A stretch of 64,000 nt of DNA. Source: Alphaproteobacteria bacterium. GTDB taxonomy: Bacteria > Pseudomonadota > Alphaproteobacteria > MPNO01. This document shows positions 33,012 to 43,282 of the stretch, in pieces. A program made the position numbers and the translations under genes. Numbering within the stretch: position 1 is the first letter of the stretch; every line of letters starts with the position of its first letter. The stretch is taken from positions 1,216,001 through 1,280,000 of the forward strand of contig CBDFLJ010000001.1 of assembly GCA_965248835.1 (NCBI GenBank), given 5' to 3'. The notes under the pieces were generated by a model that was given only the letters and a program-made list of their open reading frames with translations, was not told where the DNA came from and did no database searches.

Positions 33012-34438
33012 GCATGGCCTCGCTTTCGCCGGCGTCATTTCCGCGCAATGCGGCGGCCGCGCGCGCGGATGCCACCCTTGCCGGCGCGCTCGAGCGGTTG
33101 CAGCGCGATACAAGGGCCGCCCGGCCCGGCCTCCTGGCCCGGCTGCCCGAGTTCGAAGCCCTGCGCGATGCCGCGCGCGACATCCGCGAGGATGCGCTGG
33201 ACCGGCTGGACCTCCTGCTCGTGGCATTCGAGGCCAAGGTGGAAGAGGCCGGCGGCGAAGTCCACTGGTGCACCGACGCCGAAGACGCGCGCACGACAAT
33301 CACCCAGATCTGCCGCGATGCCGGCGCCAGGACCATCGCCAAGGGCAAGTCGATGGTCTCCGAGGAAATCGCGCTCAACGACGCGCTGATCGCGGCCGGG
33401 TTCGACGTCGCCGAGACCGATCTCGGCGAATACATCCTCCAGCTTCGCGGCGAGGCGCCCAGTCATATCGTGATGCCGGCGATCCATCTGACCCGCGGCC
33501 AGATATCGCAGACGTTCCGCGACTTCCATGATGACCTGCCGCCTGCCCGCCCGCTGGAAGAGGCGCGCGCGATCACCGATGAGGCAAGGGCCAGGCTGCG
33601 CCGGACCTTCCTGCGCGCCGATGTCGGGATCACCGGGGCCAATTTCCTGATCGCCGAGACCGGAAGCGTCGTCGTGGTGACCAACGAGGGAAACGGCGAT
33701 CTGGTCCAGGCCCTGCCGCGCACCCACATCGTGGTGACCGGGATCGAGAAGGCGCTGCCCACGGTCGAGGACGCGCTGGGCCTGATCCGGGTGCTCGCGC
33801 GCTCGGCCACCGGCCAGGAGATCACCGCCTACACCACCTTCGCGACCGGTGCCAGGCGCGCCGAAGACGTCGACGGACCGGAGTCCTTTCACGTCGTGCT
33901 GGTCGACAACGGGCGGACGGACCTGCTCGCCGGGCGCAAGCGGGACATTCTGCGCTGCATTCGCTGCGGGGCCTGCCAGACGGTCTGCCCAGTCTACGGC
34001 GCGGTCGGCGGCCACGCCTATGGCTCGGTCTACGCCGGTCCGCTGGGCGCGGTGCTGACCCCGGCGCTGGTGGGCCACGAAGCGGCCTATCATCTGCCCG
34101 AGGCCTCCTCGCTGTGCGGGGCCTGCCAGGAGGTCTGCCCGGTGCGCATCCCGCTGCCGGCGCTGTTGCGGCATTGGCGCGAGGACGCGCACACCGATCG
34201 GACCGGCCCGGCGATCAACCGGCTCGGCCTGGCGGCCTGGGCCGCCGTGGCCGCCAGGCCGGCTCTCTATCGGATGCTGGCGCGGCTGGCATCGGCGGTC
34301 CTGCGCATGCTCGCCGGGCGCCGCGGCCGGCTGCGCCGCCTGCCGTTTGCCGGCGGCTGGACCGGCGGGCGCGATCTGCCGGTCCCCGCCGGCCGGCCGT
34401 TCCTCGACCAGTGGCGCCGCCCCGGCGGTCCGGCATGA
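33008..34438 (+). CDS. lutB: Lactate utilization protein B (Fe-S)
   Basis: KGKSMVSEE, ETDLGEYILQL, PSHIVMPAIH, TNEGN, CIRCGACQTVCP, SSLCGACQEVCP. Confidence 0.92.
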   Translation: MSMASLSPASFPRNAAAARADATLAGALERLQRDTRAARPGLLARLPEFEALRDAARDIREDALDRLDLLLVAFEAKVEEAGGEVHWCTDAEDARTTITQICRDAGARTIAKGKSMVSEEIALNDALIAAGFDVAETDLGEYILQLRGEAPSHIVMPAIHLTRGQISQTFRDFHDDLPPARPLEEARAITDEARARLRRTFLRADVGITGANFLIAETGSVVVVTNEGNGDLVQALPRTHIVVTGIEKALPTVEDALGLIRVLARSATGQEITAYTTFATGARRAEDVDGPESFHVVLVDNGRTDLLAGRKRDILRCIRCGACQTVCPVYGAVGGHAYGSVYAGPLGAVLTPALVGHEAAYHLPEASSLCGACQEVCPVRIPLPALLRHWREDAHTDRTGPAINRLGLAAWAAVAARPALYRMLARLASAVLRMLAGRRGRLRRLPFAGGWTGGRDLPVPAGRPFLDQWRRPGGPA

Positions 34439-35076
34439 CCGCCGCCCGGGCTGCGATCCTGGATCGGATCCGGCGGGCGAATGCCGCCCGCCCGGCCCGC
34501 AGCGCGCCGATCCCGCACCCCGTTCCGGCCCGTGCCAGGGGCGATGCGGCAACGCTCAGGACCCGGTTCGTGGAAAATCTCGACGCCGCCGGAGCGAGCC
34601 ATTCGGTCGTGGCCGGCCGCAGCGAGGTTGCCGGCGCGGTCCGGGACCACCTGGCGGCCGCCGGCTTGCCGCTCGAAGCGGTCGTTGCCGGCGATGCCGC
34701 GCTCGATGACTGCGGTTGGCAGGCGGTCCCCGACCTTGCCGTCCGGCGCGGGGTGCCCGGCCCCGATGATGCGGCGACGGTGACCGGGACCGTCTCCGGG
34801 ATCGCCGAGACCGGCACCTTGATGGTCCGGTCCGGTCCCGGCTTGTCGGCCCGGTCCTACTTTCTGCCCGATGTCCACATCGCCGTCCTGGAGACGGCTG
34901 CGATTTGCGGGGCCTACGAGGACGCCTTCGCCGCTCTTCGCCGCACCTGTCCGGAGTGGCCGCGGACGATCACGCTGATCACCGGACCGTCGCGGAGCAG
35001 CGACATCGAGCGCATCGTCCAGATCGGCGTCCACGGCCCGCGCGCGCTGCATGTGGTCCTGATCGATGAGCGGTAG
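34435..35076 (+). CDS. lutC: Lactate utilization protein C (LUD domain)
   Basis: IAETGT, LPDVHIAV, ITGPSRSSDIE, GVHGP. Confidence 0.88.
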   Translation: MTAARAAILDRIRRANAARPARSAPIPHPVPARARGDAATLRTRFVENLDAAGASHSVVAGRSEVAGAVRDHLAAAGLPLEAVVAGDAALDDCGWQAVPDLAVRRGVPGPDDAATVTGTVSGIAETGTLMVRSGPGLSARSYFLPDVHIAVLETAAICGAYEDAFAALRRTCPEWPRTITLITGPSRSSDIERIVQIGVHGPRALHVVLIDER

Positions 35077-35593
35077 GCCGAAGACGCCCAACAAGGACGA
35101 CCGCGCCCTGTTCGAGCGCGCGATGGCCGATGTCCGCCGTCTGCAACCCGGCGCGGCCGTCCCGGGCGATCCGCCGCCGGAGCGGGCCGGGCCGCCGCCC
35201 CCGCCGCCGCGCTTGGCCGCACAGGCGTTGCCGCGCCTGGAGACCGGGGCCGCGGCCGGTGTCGACGCCCGCACAGTCACCCGCCTCAAGCGGGGCCGGA
35301 TCCGGCCCGAGGCGCGGCTCGATCTGCACGGCATGACCCTGGATGAGGCGCACCGCGCGGTCTCGGGGTTCATCACCCGCTGCGCCGGCCAGCGTCTGCG
35401 CTGCGTGATCGTGATCACCGGCAAGGGCAAGCTCGGCGAGGCTTCCGGCACGTTGCGCACCGAGCTGCCGCGCTGGCTCAACCTCGGCCCGACGCGGGCA
35501 CGCATCCTCGCCTTTGCCGAGGCCCAGTCGCGCGACGGCGGCGCGGGCGCCTGCTACGTCCTGCTGCGCCGCACCGAGCGCCGCGAATCCTGA
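35066..35593 (+). CDS. Smr/MutS2 domain protein
   Basis: RLDLHGMT, VITGKG, LPRWL, GGAGACYVLLR. Confidence 0.9.
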   Translation: MSGRPKTPNKDDRALFERAMADVRRLQPGAAVPGDPPPERAGPPPPPPRLAAQALPRLETGAAAGVDARTVTRLKRGRIRPEARLDLHGMTLDEAHRAVSGFITRCAGQRLRCVIVITGKGKLGEASGTLRTELPRWLNLGPTRARILAFAEAQSRDGGAGACYVLLRRTERRES

Positions 35594-35608
35594 GCCCCCG
35601 CCGAGCGC

Positions 35609-36637
35609 CTACAGCCAGTCCGGCACCGGAAGGCTCTTCTCGCGCAGGAACGCCGGGTTGAACAGCTTCGAAGCGTAGCGCTGACCGCCGTCGCACAGGA
35701 CGGTGACGATGGTGTGTCCGGGCCCGAGCTCCTCGGCGAGCCGGATCGCGCCGGCGACGTTGATCCCGCTTGAGCCGCCGAGGCAAAGCCCCTCCTGCCT
35801 GAGCAGATCGAAGATCACCGGCAGCGCCTCGGTGTCGGGGATGCGGAAGGCGGCATCCACTTTCGCCTCGGCGACGTTGCCGGTGATCCGGCCTTGGCCG
35901 ATCCCTTCGGTGATCGAGCTTCCCTCCGAGCCGAGCGCGCCGGTCTTGAAATAGCTGTACATCGCCGCCCCTTCCGGGTCCGCGAGACCGACGACCAGGC
36001 TCTGGTTGCGCTCCTTCAGCGCCTTGCCGGTGCCGGCCAGGGTCCCGCCGGTGCCGATGGCGCAGATGAACCCGTCGACCCTGCCGCCGGTCTGCCGCCA
36101 GATCTCTGGGCCGGTGGTCTCGTAGTGGCCGCGCCAATTAGCCGGGTTGTCCCACTGGTTGGCCCAGATCACGCCGGCGGTCTCGGTCTCGGCGAGCTCG
36201 GCGGCGACCCGTTCGGAGACCCGCACATAGTTGCCCGGATCGCGGTAGGGCTTGGCCGGCACCAACCGGACCTCGGCGCCGCACAGCCGCAGCATCTCGA
36301 TCTTCTCGACGCTCTGGGTCTGCGGCATCACGATCACGGTACGGTAGCCGCGCGCGTTGGCGACCAGGCTCAGCCCGATCCCGGTATTGCCGGCGGTGCC
36401 TTCGACGATCACGCCGCCCGGTTTGAGCACGCCGCGCTTCTCGGCGTCCTCGATGATGAACAAGGCCGCCCGGTCCTTGACCGAGCCGCCCGGGTTGAGG
36501 AACTCCGCCTTGCCGAGGATCTCGCAGCCGGTGCGCGCCGACGCCTTGGCAAGCCGGATCAGCGGCGTGTTGCCCACCGTGCCGTTGAATCCCTCGCGGA
36601 TATCGCTCCCGGCCGCGCGCAGGTCAGCCTCCGCCAT
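35609..36637 (-). CDS. cysK: Cysteine synthase (PLP-dependent)
   Basis: GNTPLI, KAEFLNPGGSVKDRAA, EGTAGNTG, GTGGT, TEGIG, GGSSG. Confidence 0.9.
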   Translation of the reverse strand: MAEADLRAAGSDIREGFNGTVGNTPLIRLAKASARTGCEILGKAEFLNPGGSVKDRAALFIIEDAEKRGVLKPGGVIVEGTAGNTGIGLSLVANARGYRTVIVMPQTQSVEKIEMLRLCGAEVRLVPAKPYRDPGNYVRVSERVAAELAETETAGVIWANQWDNPANWRGHYETTGPEIWRQTGGRVDGFICAIGTGGTLAGTGKALKERNQSLVVGLADPEGAAMYSYFKTGALGSEGSSITEGIGQGRITGNVAEAKVDAAFRIPDTEALPVIFDLLRQEGLCLGGSSGINVAGAIRLAEELGPGHTIVTVLCDGGQRYASKLFNPAFLREKSLPVPDWL

Positions 36638-36657
36638 TACCGCCTCGTGTTTTCGCC

Positions 36658-37392
36658 TTACCTCGGGCGGTCGTCGACCGTCGGCTGCTCACCCGCCTGG
36701 GAGGCCGGCTCGCGGCTCTCGCCTTCCAGGGCCTCCAGGCGGCCGCGCAGCCGCGCGACCTCGGCCGAAAGCGCATCGAGTGCCTTGAGCGTCGGATCGG
36801 CGATCTCGCGGTCGGACGTGCCGTAGGCGCGGAAGTCCGGCGCCGCCGCGCCGCGCTCGCGCGGCAGCACCTGCCGGGCCGGGATGCCGACCATGGTCAC
36901 GCCCGCCGGCACGTCCTTGAGCACGACGGCGTTGGCACCGATGCGCGCGCCCTCGCCGACCGTAATCGGGCCCAGCACCTGGGCGCCGGAACCAACGATC
37001 ACGCCGTTGCCAAGCGTCGGGTGGCGCTTCTCGCGCTCCAGCGAGACCCCGCCCAATGTCACGCCGTGATAGAGCGTGACGTCATCGCCGACTTCGGCCG
37101 TCTCGCCGATCACGCAGCTCATGCCGTGATCGATGAACAGCCGCCGGCCAAGTGTGGCGCCGGGATGGATCTCGATCCCGGTCAGCACCCGGCCGACATG
37201 AGAGACGAGGCGGCCGGCCATGCGCATCCGCCGCCGCCAGACGGCGTTTGCCAGCATGTGAAACAGCCGGGCATGGAACCCCGGATAGCACAGCACGACC
37301 TCGACGCGGGAGCGCGCCGCGGGGTCGCGCTCCATGATCGCGTCGATGTCCTCACGCAGACGAGCGAGGGCCGACATGCCCACCTTTCCCAT
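36658..37392 (-). CDS. cysE: Serine O-acetyltransferase
   Basis: [33 protein letters not shown], hexapeptide repeats. Confidence 0.95.
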   Translation of the reverse strand: MGKVGMSALARLREDIDAIMERDPAARSRVEVVLCYPGFHARLFHMLANAVWRRRMRMAGRLVSHVGRVLTGIEIHPGATLGRRLFIDHGMSCVIGETAEVGDDVTLYHGVTLGGVSLEREKRHPTLGNGVIVGSGAQVLGPITVGEGARIGANAVVLKDVPAGVTMVGIPARQVLPRERGAAAPDFRAYGTSDREIADPTLKALDALSAEVARLRGRLEALEGESREPASQAGEQPTVDDRPR

Positions 37393-37496
37393 CCAATCGC
37401 CGTTGCCTACATTGCCGAACTGGTAGGGTCGGGGCGCCGGGTCAAGCCGCCGGCCGCCGTTGCCGGCACCGACGATGGCATGGCGCAGGGGCGGGC

Positions 37497-38135
37497 ATGC
37501 TGGAGACGCTTCTCGAAGAAGTCCGGGCCTGCCGCGTCTGCGAGGCCGACCTGCCGCTCGGACCCAGGCCGGTGGTGCGGCTGGCCGCCGCCGCGCGGAT
37601 CCTGATCATCGGCCAGGCGCCGGGCACCAGGGTGCACGAAAGCGGCATCCCGTGGGACGACGCCAGCGGCAAGCGGCTGCGCGATTGGCTGCAGCTCGAC
37701 CGCGAGACGTTCTACGACCCCACCCGGATCGCCATCGTGCCCATGGGGTTCTGCTATCCGGGCGTGCTGCCGCGCGGCGACGACAAGCCGCCCAGGCCCG
37801 AATGCGCGCCGTTATGGCACGCCAGGCTCCTCGGCGTGCTGGGCGATGTCGGCCTGACGTTGCTGGTCGGCCAATACGCCCAGGCCTACTATCTGGGGAA
37901 GCACGGCAAGCGGACCCTGACCGAGACCGTGGCCGCCTGGCGCGACTACCTGCCGGCCTTCCTGCCGACGCCCCACCCGAGCTGGCGCACCACCGCCTGG
38001 CAGCGCAACAACCCGTGGTTCGACGCCGAGCTCCTGCCCGAGCTCCGCGCGCGGGTGCACGCGCTTCTCGCGCGCAGCGACAACGCCGCCGCGCCTCACG
38101 GCAGCCGTTTCAACCCGACCGTGCCCAGATCCTGA
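37497..38135 (+). CDS. Uracil-DNA glycosylase superfamily protein
   Basis: CRVC, IIGQAPG, FCYPG, PECA, PHPSWR. Confidence 0.85.
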   Translation: MLETLLEEVRACRVCEADLPLGPRPVVRLAAAARILIIGQAPGTRVHESGIPWDDASGKRLRDWLQLDRETFYDPTRIAIVPMGFCYPGVLPRGDDKPPRPECAPLWHARLLGVLGDVGLTLLVGQYAQAYYLGKHGKRTLTETVAAWRDYLPAFLPTPHPSWRTTAWQRNNPWFDAELLPELRARVHALLARSDNAAAPHGSRFNPTVPRS

Positions 38136-38905
38136 TCGCCGTCCGTGGTCACCACCGCAAGCACGTCGCGGTATCCTTCCATTCTGATCTCGACCCGGTA
38201 TTTCCGGTCCCGCCGCAAGTCTTTCAGCCAGAAATCGCCGAACGCATCGGATCGGGCGCTCACCGAGCCGTCCTCGAAGAGGTCGACCGCGGTGATCGAC
38301 ACGCCGGCGATCACCTCCTCCTCCTCCGCGTCGATCACCGCGCCGGCAATCCACGGCTTGGGCAGGCCGCGCCAGCGGACAAGCGGGTCGGCGTTGTATT
38401 CGGGGTGGTAGATTTCCGCCGCCCCGGCCGCCGCGTCCTCGCCGAAGACGATCGCGTCGTGCGGGCAGACTTCGGCGCATCTGGGCAGTTCGCCCCGATC
38501 GACGCGATGGGCGCATCCGGTGCATTTCTGCGCGATGCCGAGCTCGGCATTCATGTAGATCACGTCGTAGGGACAGGCGTCCTGGCACAGCCCGCAGTTC
38601 GTGCACACCGCCGGGTCGATCCAGACCAGCCCGTCGGGCCGGGTCTTGATCGCGCCCTCCGGGCAGGCCTTGATGCAGGGCGCGTTGCGGCAATGCTGGC
38701 ACAGCAGCGGCAGGAAGCTCATCCGGAGCCTGGGCGCCGCGCCGCGCTCCAGGGCCTGGACGTCGACCCAGAACTGCCCGGTCTCCGGCTGCGGCCGGGT
38801 CCAGGGCGGGTACGCGCTGTCGACATGCTCGTCCTTGCAGGCGACCGTGCACAGCCTGCAGCCGGTGCATTTGTCGACATCGATCAGGAAGCTCGTCTCG
38901 GGCAT
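38096..38905 (-). CDS. 4Fe-4S dicluster protein, transhydroxylase beta-subunit (BthL)-like
   Basis: CTGCRLCTVACKDEH, CQHCRNAPCIKAC, CTNCGLCQDAC, CTGCAH...RCAEVC; C-terminal beta-sandwich SDAFGDFWLKDL...DLGTVGL. Confidence 0.85.
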   Translation of the reverse strand: MPETSFLIDVDKCTGCRLCTVACKDEHVDSAYPPWTRPQPETGQFWVDVQALERGAAPRLRMSFLPLLCQHCRNAPCIKACPEGAIKTRPDGLVWIDPAVCTNCGLCQDACPYDVIYMNAELGIAQKCTGCAHRVDRGELPRCAEVCPHDAIVFGEDAAAGAAEIYHPEYNADPLVRWRGLPKPWIAGAVIDAEEEEVIAGVSITAVDLFEDGSVSARSDAFGDFWLKDLRRDRKYRVEIRMEGYRDVLAVVTTDGDQDLGTVGLKRLP

Positions 38906-38912
38906 CGCGCAA

Positions 38913-41471
38913 TCAACTCCCCTCGGTGTGTCCGACGACATCCGCCGGGTCGATCTTGACCGCCTCGGCGAGGAAGCCGCTGACGTTCATCTCCGGGATC
39001 GTGATCTCGGCCCCGGCGCCGTATTTTTCCTGCGGCGTCGGCGCGATCAGGTTGATGCAGCCGCCGCGGTCGATCAGCGCGTTGTTGAGGACCGCGAGGT
39101 CGATCTTGGCGCCGTGGTCGATCGACAGCGCGCCTTGCACGATGCGCTCGGTGACCACCGCGCCGGCCAGCACCGCGCCGCGCTGGTTGTGCACCATGAT
39201 GACGTCGCCCGTGGCGATGTCCCTGGCCGCGGCGTCTTCGGGATGGATCCAGCAGGGCTCGTACCAGCGGCCGTCGCTGCCGCGGACCTTGGCGATCTCG
39301 CGGATCCATTCGATGTCGTCGCCCTGGACGTGGAACCGGAACCGCGGGTGGTTGGACATCACGGTCAGCGGATAGTCCTGCGCCTTGGGCGTACCCGGCA
39401 TCTCCTGGTGCGGCCGCCATTTGGCGACCGGCGGCCGTTCGTCGTTGTCCGGGTCGCGTTCGGCGATGCGCCGGGAGACGAACTCGATCTTGCCCGATTC
39501 GGTGTCCAGCCCGTCGGCGGCAGACCAGTACCAGTGGAGCCCGCCGTCATTGGGCCCGAAGCCGTGCCCCTTCTTGATGTCGACCCATTCCTCCCATGTC
39601 GGGCAGTCGTAGACCACGAACTTGCGTTCCTTGAACGCTTGCCAATCGATGCCGAGATCGGTTGCGGCGAAGGTCTCCTCATAGGCCGACTTCAGCCAAT
39701 CGCCAGCCGGCGGGAACACCTTGTCGAGCCCGAGGCGCTGGCCGATCATCCGGTGGATCTCGTAGTCGCTGCGCGACTCGCCGACCGGCTCGATCGCCTG
39801 GTCCTGATAGAACATGCCCAAAACGTCGCTGCGCTGGACCGCCAACAGGTCCTCGTGCTCGTAGCTGGTCTGCGCCGGCAGGATCAGGTCGGAAAACCCG
39901 ATGTCGTTCTCCAGCCACGGGTGAATGCCGAGGACGAAATCGATGCGCGGGTTGCGCAACGCCTCCAGCCAGTTCCAGCCATAGCCCCAGCTTCCGGGCT
40001 GGCTGCCGTTTTCGTTCCACACCATCCGAATCCCCGGATGGTCGTCGGTCGGCGGATAGCGGTAGCTGTTGAACTGGTCTTCGGTCTTGGCCAGCGCCGC
40101 GGTGGTGCTGCGCCAGGACACCGACGGGCACTGGATCGCCTCGGCTGCCAACGTGCGCGGGATGAACACGGGCGATTTCGGCGCCTTGCCGATCGCGTAC
40201 TCGATCATCGGGTTGAGCGCGAGGCCGCGGGCGTCGATTTCGGGATAGCGCGGCACCTGGGCCAGGGAGTGTTTGTAGAAGGACGGCGCGCCGGTCCGCA
40301 GGAACTGCCGGCCCGGACGGCCGATGCCCTGCATCGCCAGCACATAGGCTTCCATTCGCGCGGCCAGGTGCGACAGGGTGCCGCGGATCTTCGGTCCGCC
40401 GAAATAGACCGAAAGCGAGGTCTTCCTGGCCGCCCATTCGCGGGCGAGCGCGCGGATCGTATGGGGCGGCACGCCGGTGATCGGCTCCGCCCAGGAAGGC
40501 GTCTTGGCCACCCCGTCGTCCTCGCCCAGCACGTGGCGCCTGAATGAATCGAAACCGATGGTGTGGGTGCGGACATAGTCCTTGTCGTAACGGTCCTCGA
40601 CGATCCAGGTATGGGCTACCGCGAGGTAGAGGGCGGCATCGGTGTTGGGCTTGATCGGGATCCACTTGTCGGCGTGGATGGCGGCGTGGTGGTTGAGGTC
40701 GGGCGAGATCGCGAGGATCTTGATCCCAGCGCGCTTCAGCCACTTGGGCATCTCCAGCGCGATCGAGCCCGACATGCCGAACCCGGTGGCCTCGGGGTCG
40801 TTGCCCGAGAAGATCACCATTTCGGTGTGTTCCAGCACGTCGTCCCAGACCGCGTCCTGGTAGGGCTCGCCCAGGGTGCGATCGAAGCCCCAGACGTGCT
40901 TGGCCCCCCAGTAGTAGCCTTCCCAGCTATCGGGGTTGCGCACCTGCTGGGTCCACCACCCCCAATCCAGGTGCTCGCGGATCATGTCGAAGAGGTAGTG
41001 CCCCCAGAAATGAAGCGACTGCAGGTAGCCGCTCTGGCCGTGGCCGTCGGCCTGCACAAGGATCGGTTCCATCGAGCCGTATTTCTCGCGGATCCGTTCG
41101 ATCTGGGAGACGATGATGTCGAGCGCCTGGTCCCAGCCGATCGGTGAGTGGCCCGACGTGCCGCGCCGTTCGGGGTTCGGGTTCTCGGGGCTCCAATCGT
41201 TGCGCAGCAGCGGATACCGCACCCTGGTGTCGGAATGGACCCGCTGCTTGGCGGCGAATGCCAGCGGCATCTGCACTTCCTTGCGCGGCCTGGCGAAGGT
41301 CCCGCGCGAGGTCTTGATCTCGTAGAGCCGGACATCCTCGGGGATGTAGAACGGCAGGGACCTGGCGATCTTCGTGCCCTCGATCTCGCAGGCAAGCGGG
41401 AAGTTGGACCGCGCCAGACCGCTGCCGGGATGGGACACGTAGACGGTTCTGGCCTGCGGGTGCTCGGGCAT
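38913..41471 (-). CDS. Molybdopterin oxidoreductase, pyrogallol hydroxytransferase large-subunit (AthL)-like
   Basis: RVRYPLLR, RNPDSWEGYYWGAKHVWG, ADKWIPIKPNTD, SDLILPA, SNHPRFRFHVQ, WIHPEDAAARDI, NQRG; no Tat signal and no N-terminal Fe-S motif. Confidence 0.85.
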   Translation of the reverse strand: MPEHPQARTVYVSHPGSGLARSNFPLACEIEGTKIARSLPFYIPEDVRLYEIKTSRGTFARPRKEVQMPLAFAAKQRVHSDTRVRYPLLRNDWSPENPNPERRGTSGHSPIGWDQALDIIVSQIERIREKYGSMEPILVQADGHGQSGYLQSLHFWGHYLFDMIREHLDWGWWTQQVRNPDSWEGYYWGAKHVWGFDRTLGEPYQDAVWDDVLEHTEMVIFSGNDPEATGFGMSGSIALEMPKWLKRAGIKILAISPDLNHHAAIHADKWIPIKPNTDAALYLAVAHTWIVEDRYDKDYVRTHTIGFDSFRRHVLGEDDGVAKTPSWAEPITGVPPHTIRALAREWAARKTSLSVYFGGPKIRGTLSHLAARMEAYVLAMQGIGRPGRQFLRTGAPSFYKHSLAQVPRYPEIDARGLALNPMIEYAIGKAPKSPVFIPRTLAAEAIQCPSVSWRSTTAALAKTEDQFNSYRYPPTDDHPGIRMVWNENGSQPGSWGYGWNWLEALRNPRIDFVLGIHPWLENDIGFSDLILPAQTSYEHEDLLAVQRSDVLGMFYQDQAIEPVGESRSDYEIHRMIGQRLGLDKVFPPAGDWLKSAYEETFAATDLGIDWQAFKERKFVVYDCPTWEEWVDIKKGHGFGPNDGGLHWYWSAADGLDTESGKIEFVSRRIAERDPDNDERPPVAKWRPHQEMPGTPKAQDYPLTVMSNHPRFRFHVQGDDIEWIREIAKVRGSDGRWYEPCWIHPEDAAARDIATGDVIMVHNQRGAVLAGAVVTERIVQGALSIDHGAKIDLAVLNNALIDRGGCINLIAPTPQEKYGAGAEITIPEMNVSGFLAEAVKIDPADVVGHTEGS

Positions 41472-41586
41472 GGTCCGGATCCTGGCGCGCGCGAGCCCGG
41501 CACCGCGCCGGGGCTCAAGGGCAAGCTTTGCGCCATCGTGCGCGCTTGGCAAGCCGGCTTCTTCCGTCGGCCCGGTTGGAGCACCT

Positions 41587-41985
41587 CTAATCGGCGTTCT
41601 CGATGCGCTCCATGTCCTCGTCGGAGAAGCCGAAATGGTGGCCGATCTCGTGGATCAGGACGTGGCGGATCAGATGGGTCAGGTCCTCGCCGGTCTCGCA
41701 CCAGTAATCGAGGATCGGCCGGCGGTAGAGGAACACCATGTCGACGTCCTGCGGTGTGTGGCCGCCGGCCTTCTCGCCGATCGGGATGCCGCGATAGAGC
41801 CCCAGGAGGTCGAACGGCGACTCCAATCCCATCTCGGCCTCGGTCTCCGCGTCGGGAAAATCGGCGACCTGGAAGACCACGCCGCGGGCCAGCCGGCGCA
41901 GCCGTTGTGGAATCGTCGCGAACGCCGCCGCCGCGCAGTCCTCGATGTCGGCAAGCGTCGGGGCTTCGGTATATCCGGGCGCCAT
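41587..41985 (-). CDS. Zincin-like metallopeptidase family protein
   Basis: DLLGLYRG, LYRRPIL, HEIGHHFG (HExxH). Confidence 0.9.
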   Translation of the reverse strand: MAPGYTEAPTLADIEDCAAAAFATIPQRLRRLARGVVFQVADFPDAETEAEMGLESPFDLLGLYRGIPIGEKAGGHTPQDVDMVFLYRRPILDYWCETGEDLTHLIRHVLIHEIGHHFGFSDEDMERIENAD

Positions 41986-42019
41986 GCCCCGTCATAGCGC
42001 GGCTTGATCGTCCGGCCAA

Positions 42020-42031
42020 GCGAGGGCACCC
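42020..42031 (+). repeat. Left 12-bp direct repeat GCGAGGGCACCC
   Basis: Identical to 57879-57890. Confidence 0.75.
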
Positions 42032-42118
42032 GGGGGAATGCCTTCTTTGCTACCTGAACCTATGGAACATTTTCGATTTTCCTGGCTGCGGTTTCGGACC
42101 AAGCCGAACGGAGCCGCA

Positions 42119-43282
42119 CTACGGGCTTGCGGCCAATGCTGGTGCCGCCACCGTCAAATGGTTGTCCCAACGACCGGCCTTGAGAAAGGCGGTTTCGAGC
42201 GGCCTTGCCGCGCCGGACCACGCATCGATAACGAGCACGCCGCCGCGTCCGCTGCTGGCCAGGAATTCTCCCGGTCGCCCGCCCGGCGCGACGCCGCTGC
42301 CGTCCATGACCCTTGCGGAGGAGAGGTAGAGGCCGGCGCCGGCATCCCAAAAGGTGACGAGGTGGCCGCGCGGGGCCGACACAGCGATCACGCGGCCGCT
42401 CGAATCGAAGCAGACGCTGCCGCAATACTGCTTCATCGCGCGCCAGACATGGGGCGGCGCCTCCAAGGGGCGCAAGCCGGCGCTGCGACATCTTGCGGGC
42501 CGCGCGCGCTGCCGGCGATGCAGGGCGACAAGCGGCACGCGATCGCCGACCGGCCCTTCATACTGCATGGCAATCGCGACCGTGTCGTCCTTGCCGACGG
42601 CAAGGTGGCGGATGCTCAGTTGATGCAGCGCGCGACCGAACCGGATCTTCTGCAATAACTTGCCGTCGAGCCGGTCGACGTAACAAAGCGACGGCGTCAT
42701 GGTCGGCAGGTTGAGCTTGATGCGCGGCAGGTCCGGCCGCGTATGGATGCCGCCATTGGCGATGACGAGAGTCTTTTCGTCGGAGAGCAGGCGGATATCA
42801 TGCGGGCCGGTACCGTGCGAGGCGAATTCTCCAACCCGCTTGTAATCGTCATTCATGTCGTAGATTCCGACAACGCCGCGTTCGCCTTCGAAGTCGTTTT
42901 CGCTGGCGTAAAGCAAAATTCCATCGTGGCTGAATACGCCGTGGCCGAAAAAATGGCGGTCATTTGGTGTTGCAAACTCAGCTATGACGGTCCCATGTGC
43001 GAGGTCGATCGCGCACGCGAAGCGGCCGGGCCGCCGGGGGAAATGCACTGCGGTCCGCCCGTCGGGATGAACGGCGAAGGAATGCCCGCGCGCCGGAAGC
43101 GGCAGGTCGAAGATCCGCGCGCCGGCGGCCGAAAAGCCGCTCACCCAATAGGCGCCCGCGTCGCCGCCGCGCGCACTGAGGAATATCCGCCCGGCGGGCG
43201 CGGCGCCAAGCGGCAGCGGCAGGAGCGGCCCAACCAGCCCGCCGGTGAAAAGCCGAAGCGCGCTTCTGCGGTCAATCTCCAT
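42119..43282 (-). CDS. DUF1513 family Tat-exported beta-propeller protein
   Basis: DRRSAL twin-Arg signal; LPARGH, RRPG, HFFGHGVFS, GPHD, ANGGIHT, SIRHL, WDNH. Confidence 0.85.
   Translation of the reverse strand: MEIDRRSALRLFTGGLVGPLLPLPLGAAPAGRIFLSARGGDAGAYWVSGFSAAGARIFDLPLPARGHSFAVHPDGRTAVHFPRRPGRFACAIDLAHGTVIAEFATPNDRHFFGHGVFSHDGILLYASENDFEGERGVVGIYDMNDDYKRVGEFASHGTGPHDIRLLSDEKTLVIANGGIHTRPDLPRIKLNLPTMTPSLCYVDRLDGKLLQKIRFGRALHQLSIRHLAVGKDDTVAIAMQYEGPVGDRVPLVALHRRQRARPARCRSAGLRPLEAPPHVWRAMKQYCGSVCFDSSGRVIAVSAPRGHLVTFWDAGAGLYLSSARVMDGSGVAPGGRPGEFLASSGRGGVLVIDAWSGAARPLETAFLKAGRWDNHLTVAAPALAASP

Noticed and set aside
37406-37427. CCTAC-N12-GTAGG palindrome upstream of cysE as an IscR/Rrf2 site
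   Set aside because: Arms only 5 bp, spacing does not fit known IscR motifs, and no rrf2 gene in the window
41990-42035. tRNA at the island border (GAGGGCACC resembles a tRNA 3' end)
   Set aside because: No T-loop GTTCGA, cloverleaf or CCA at either copy
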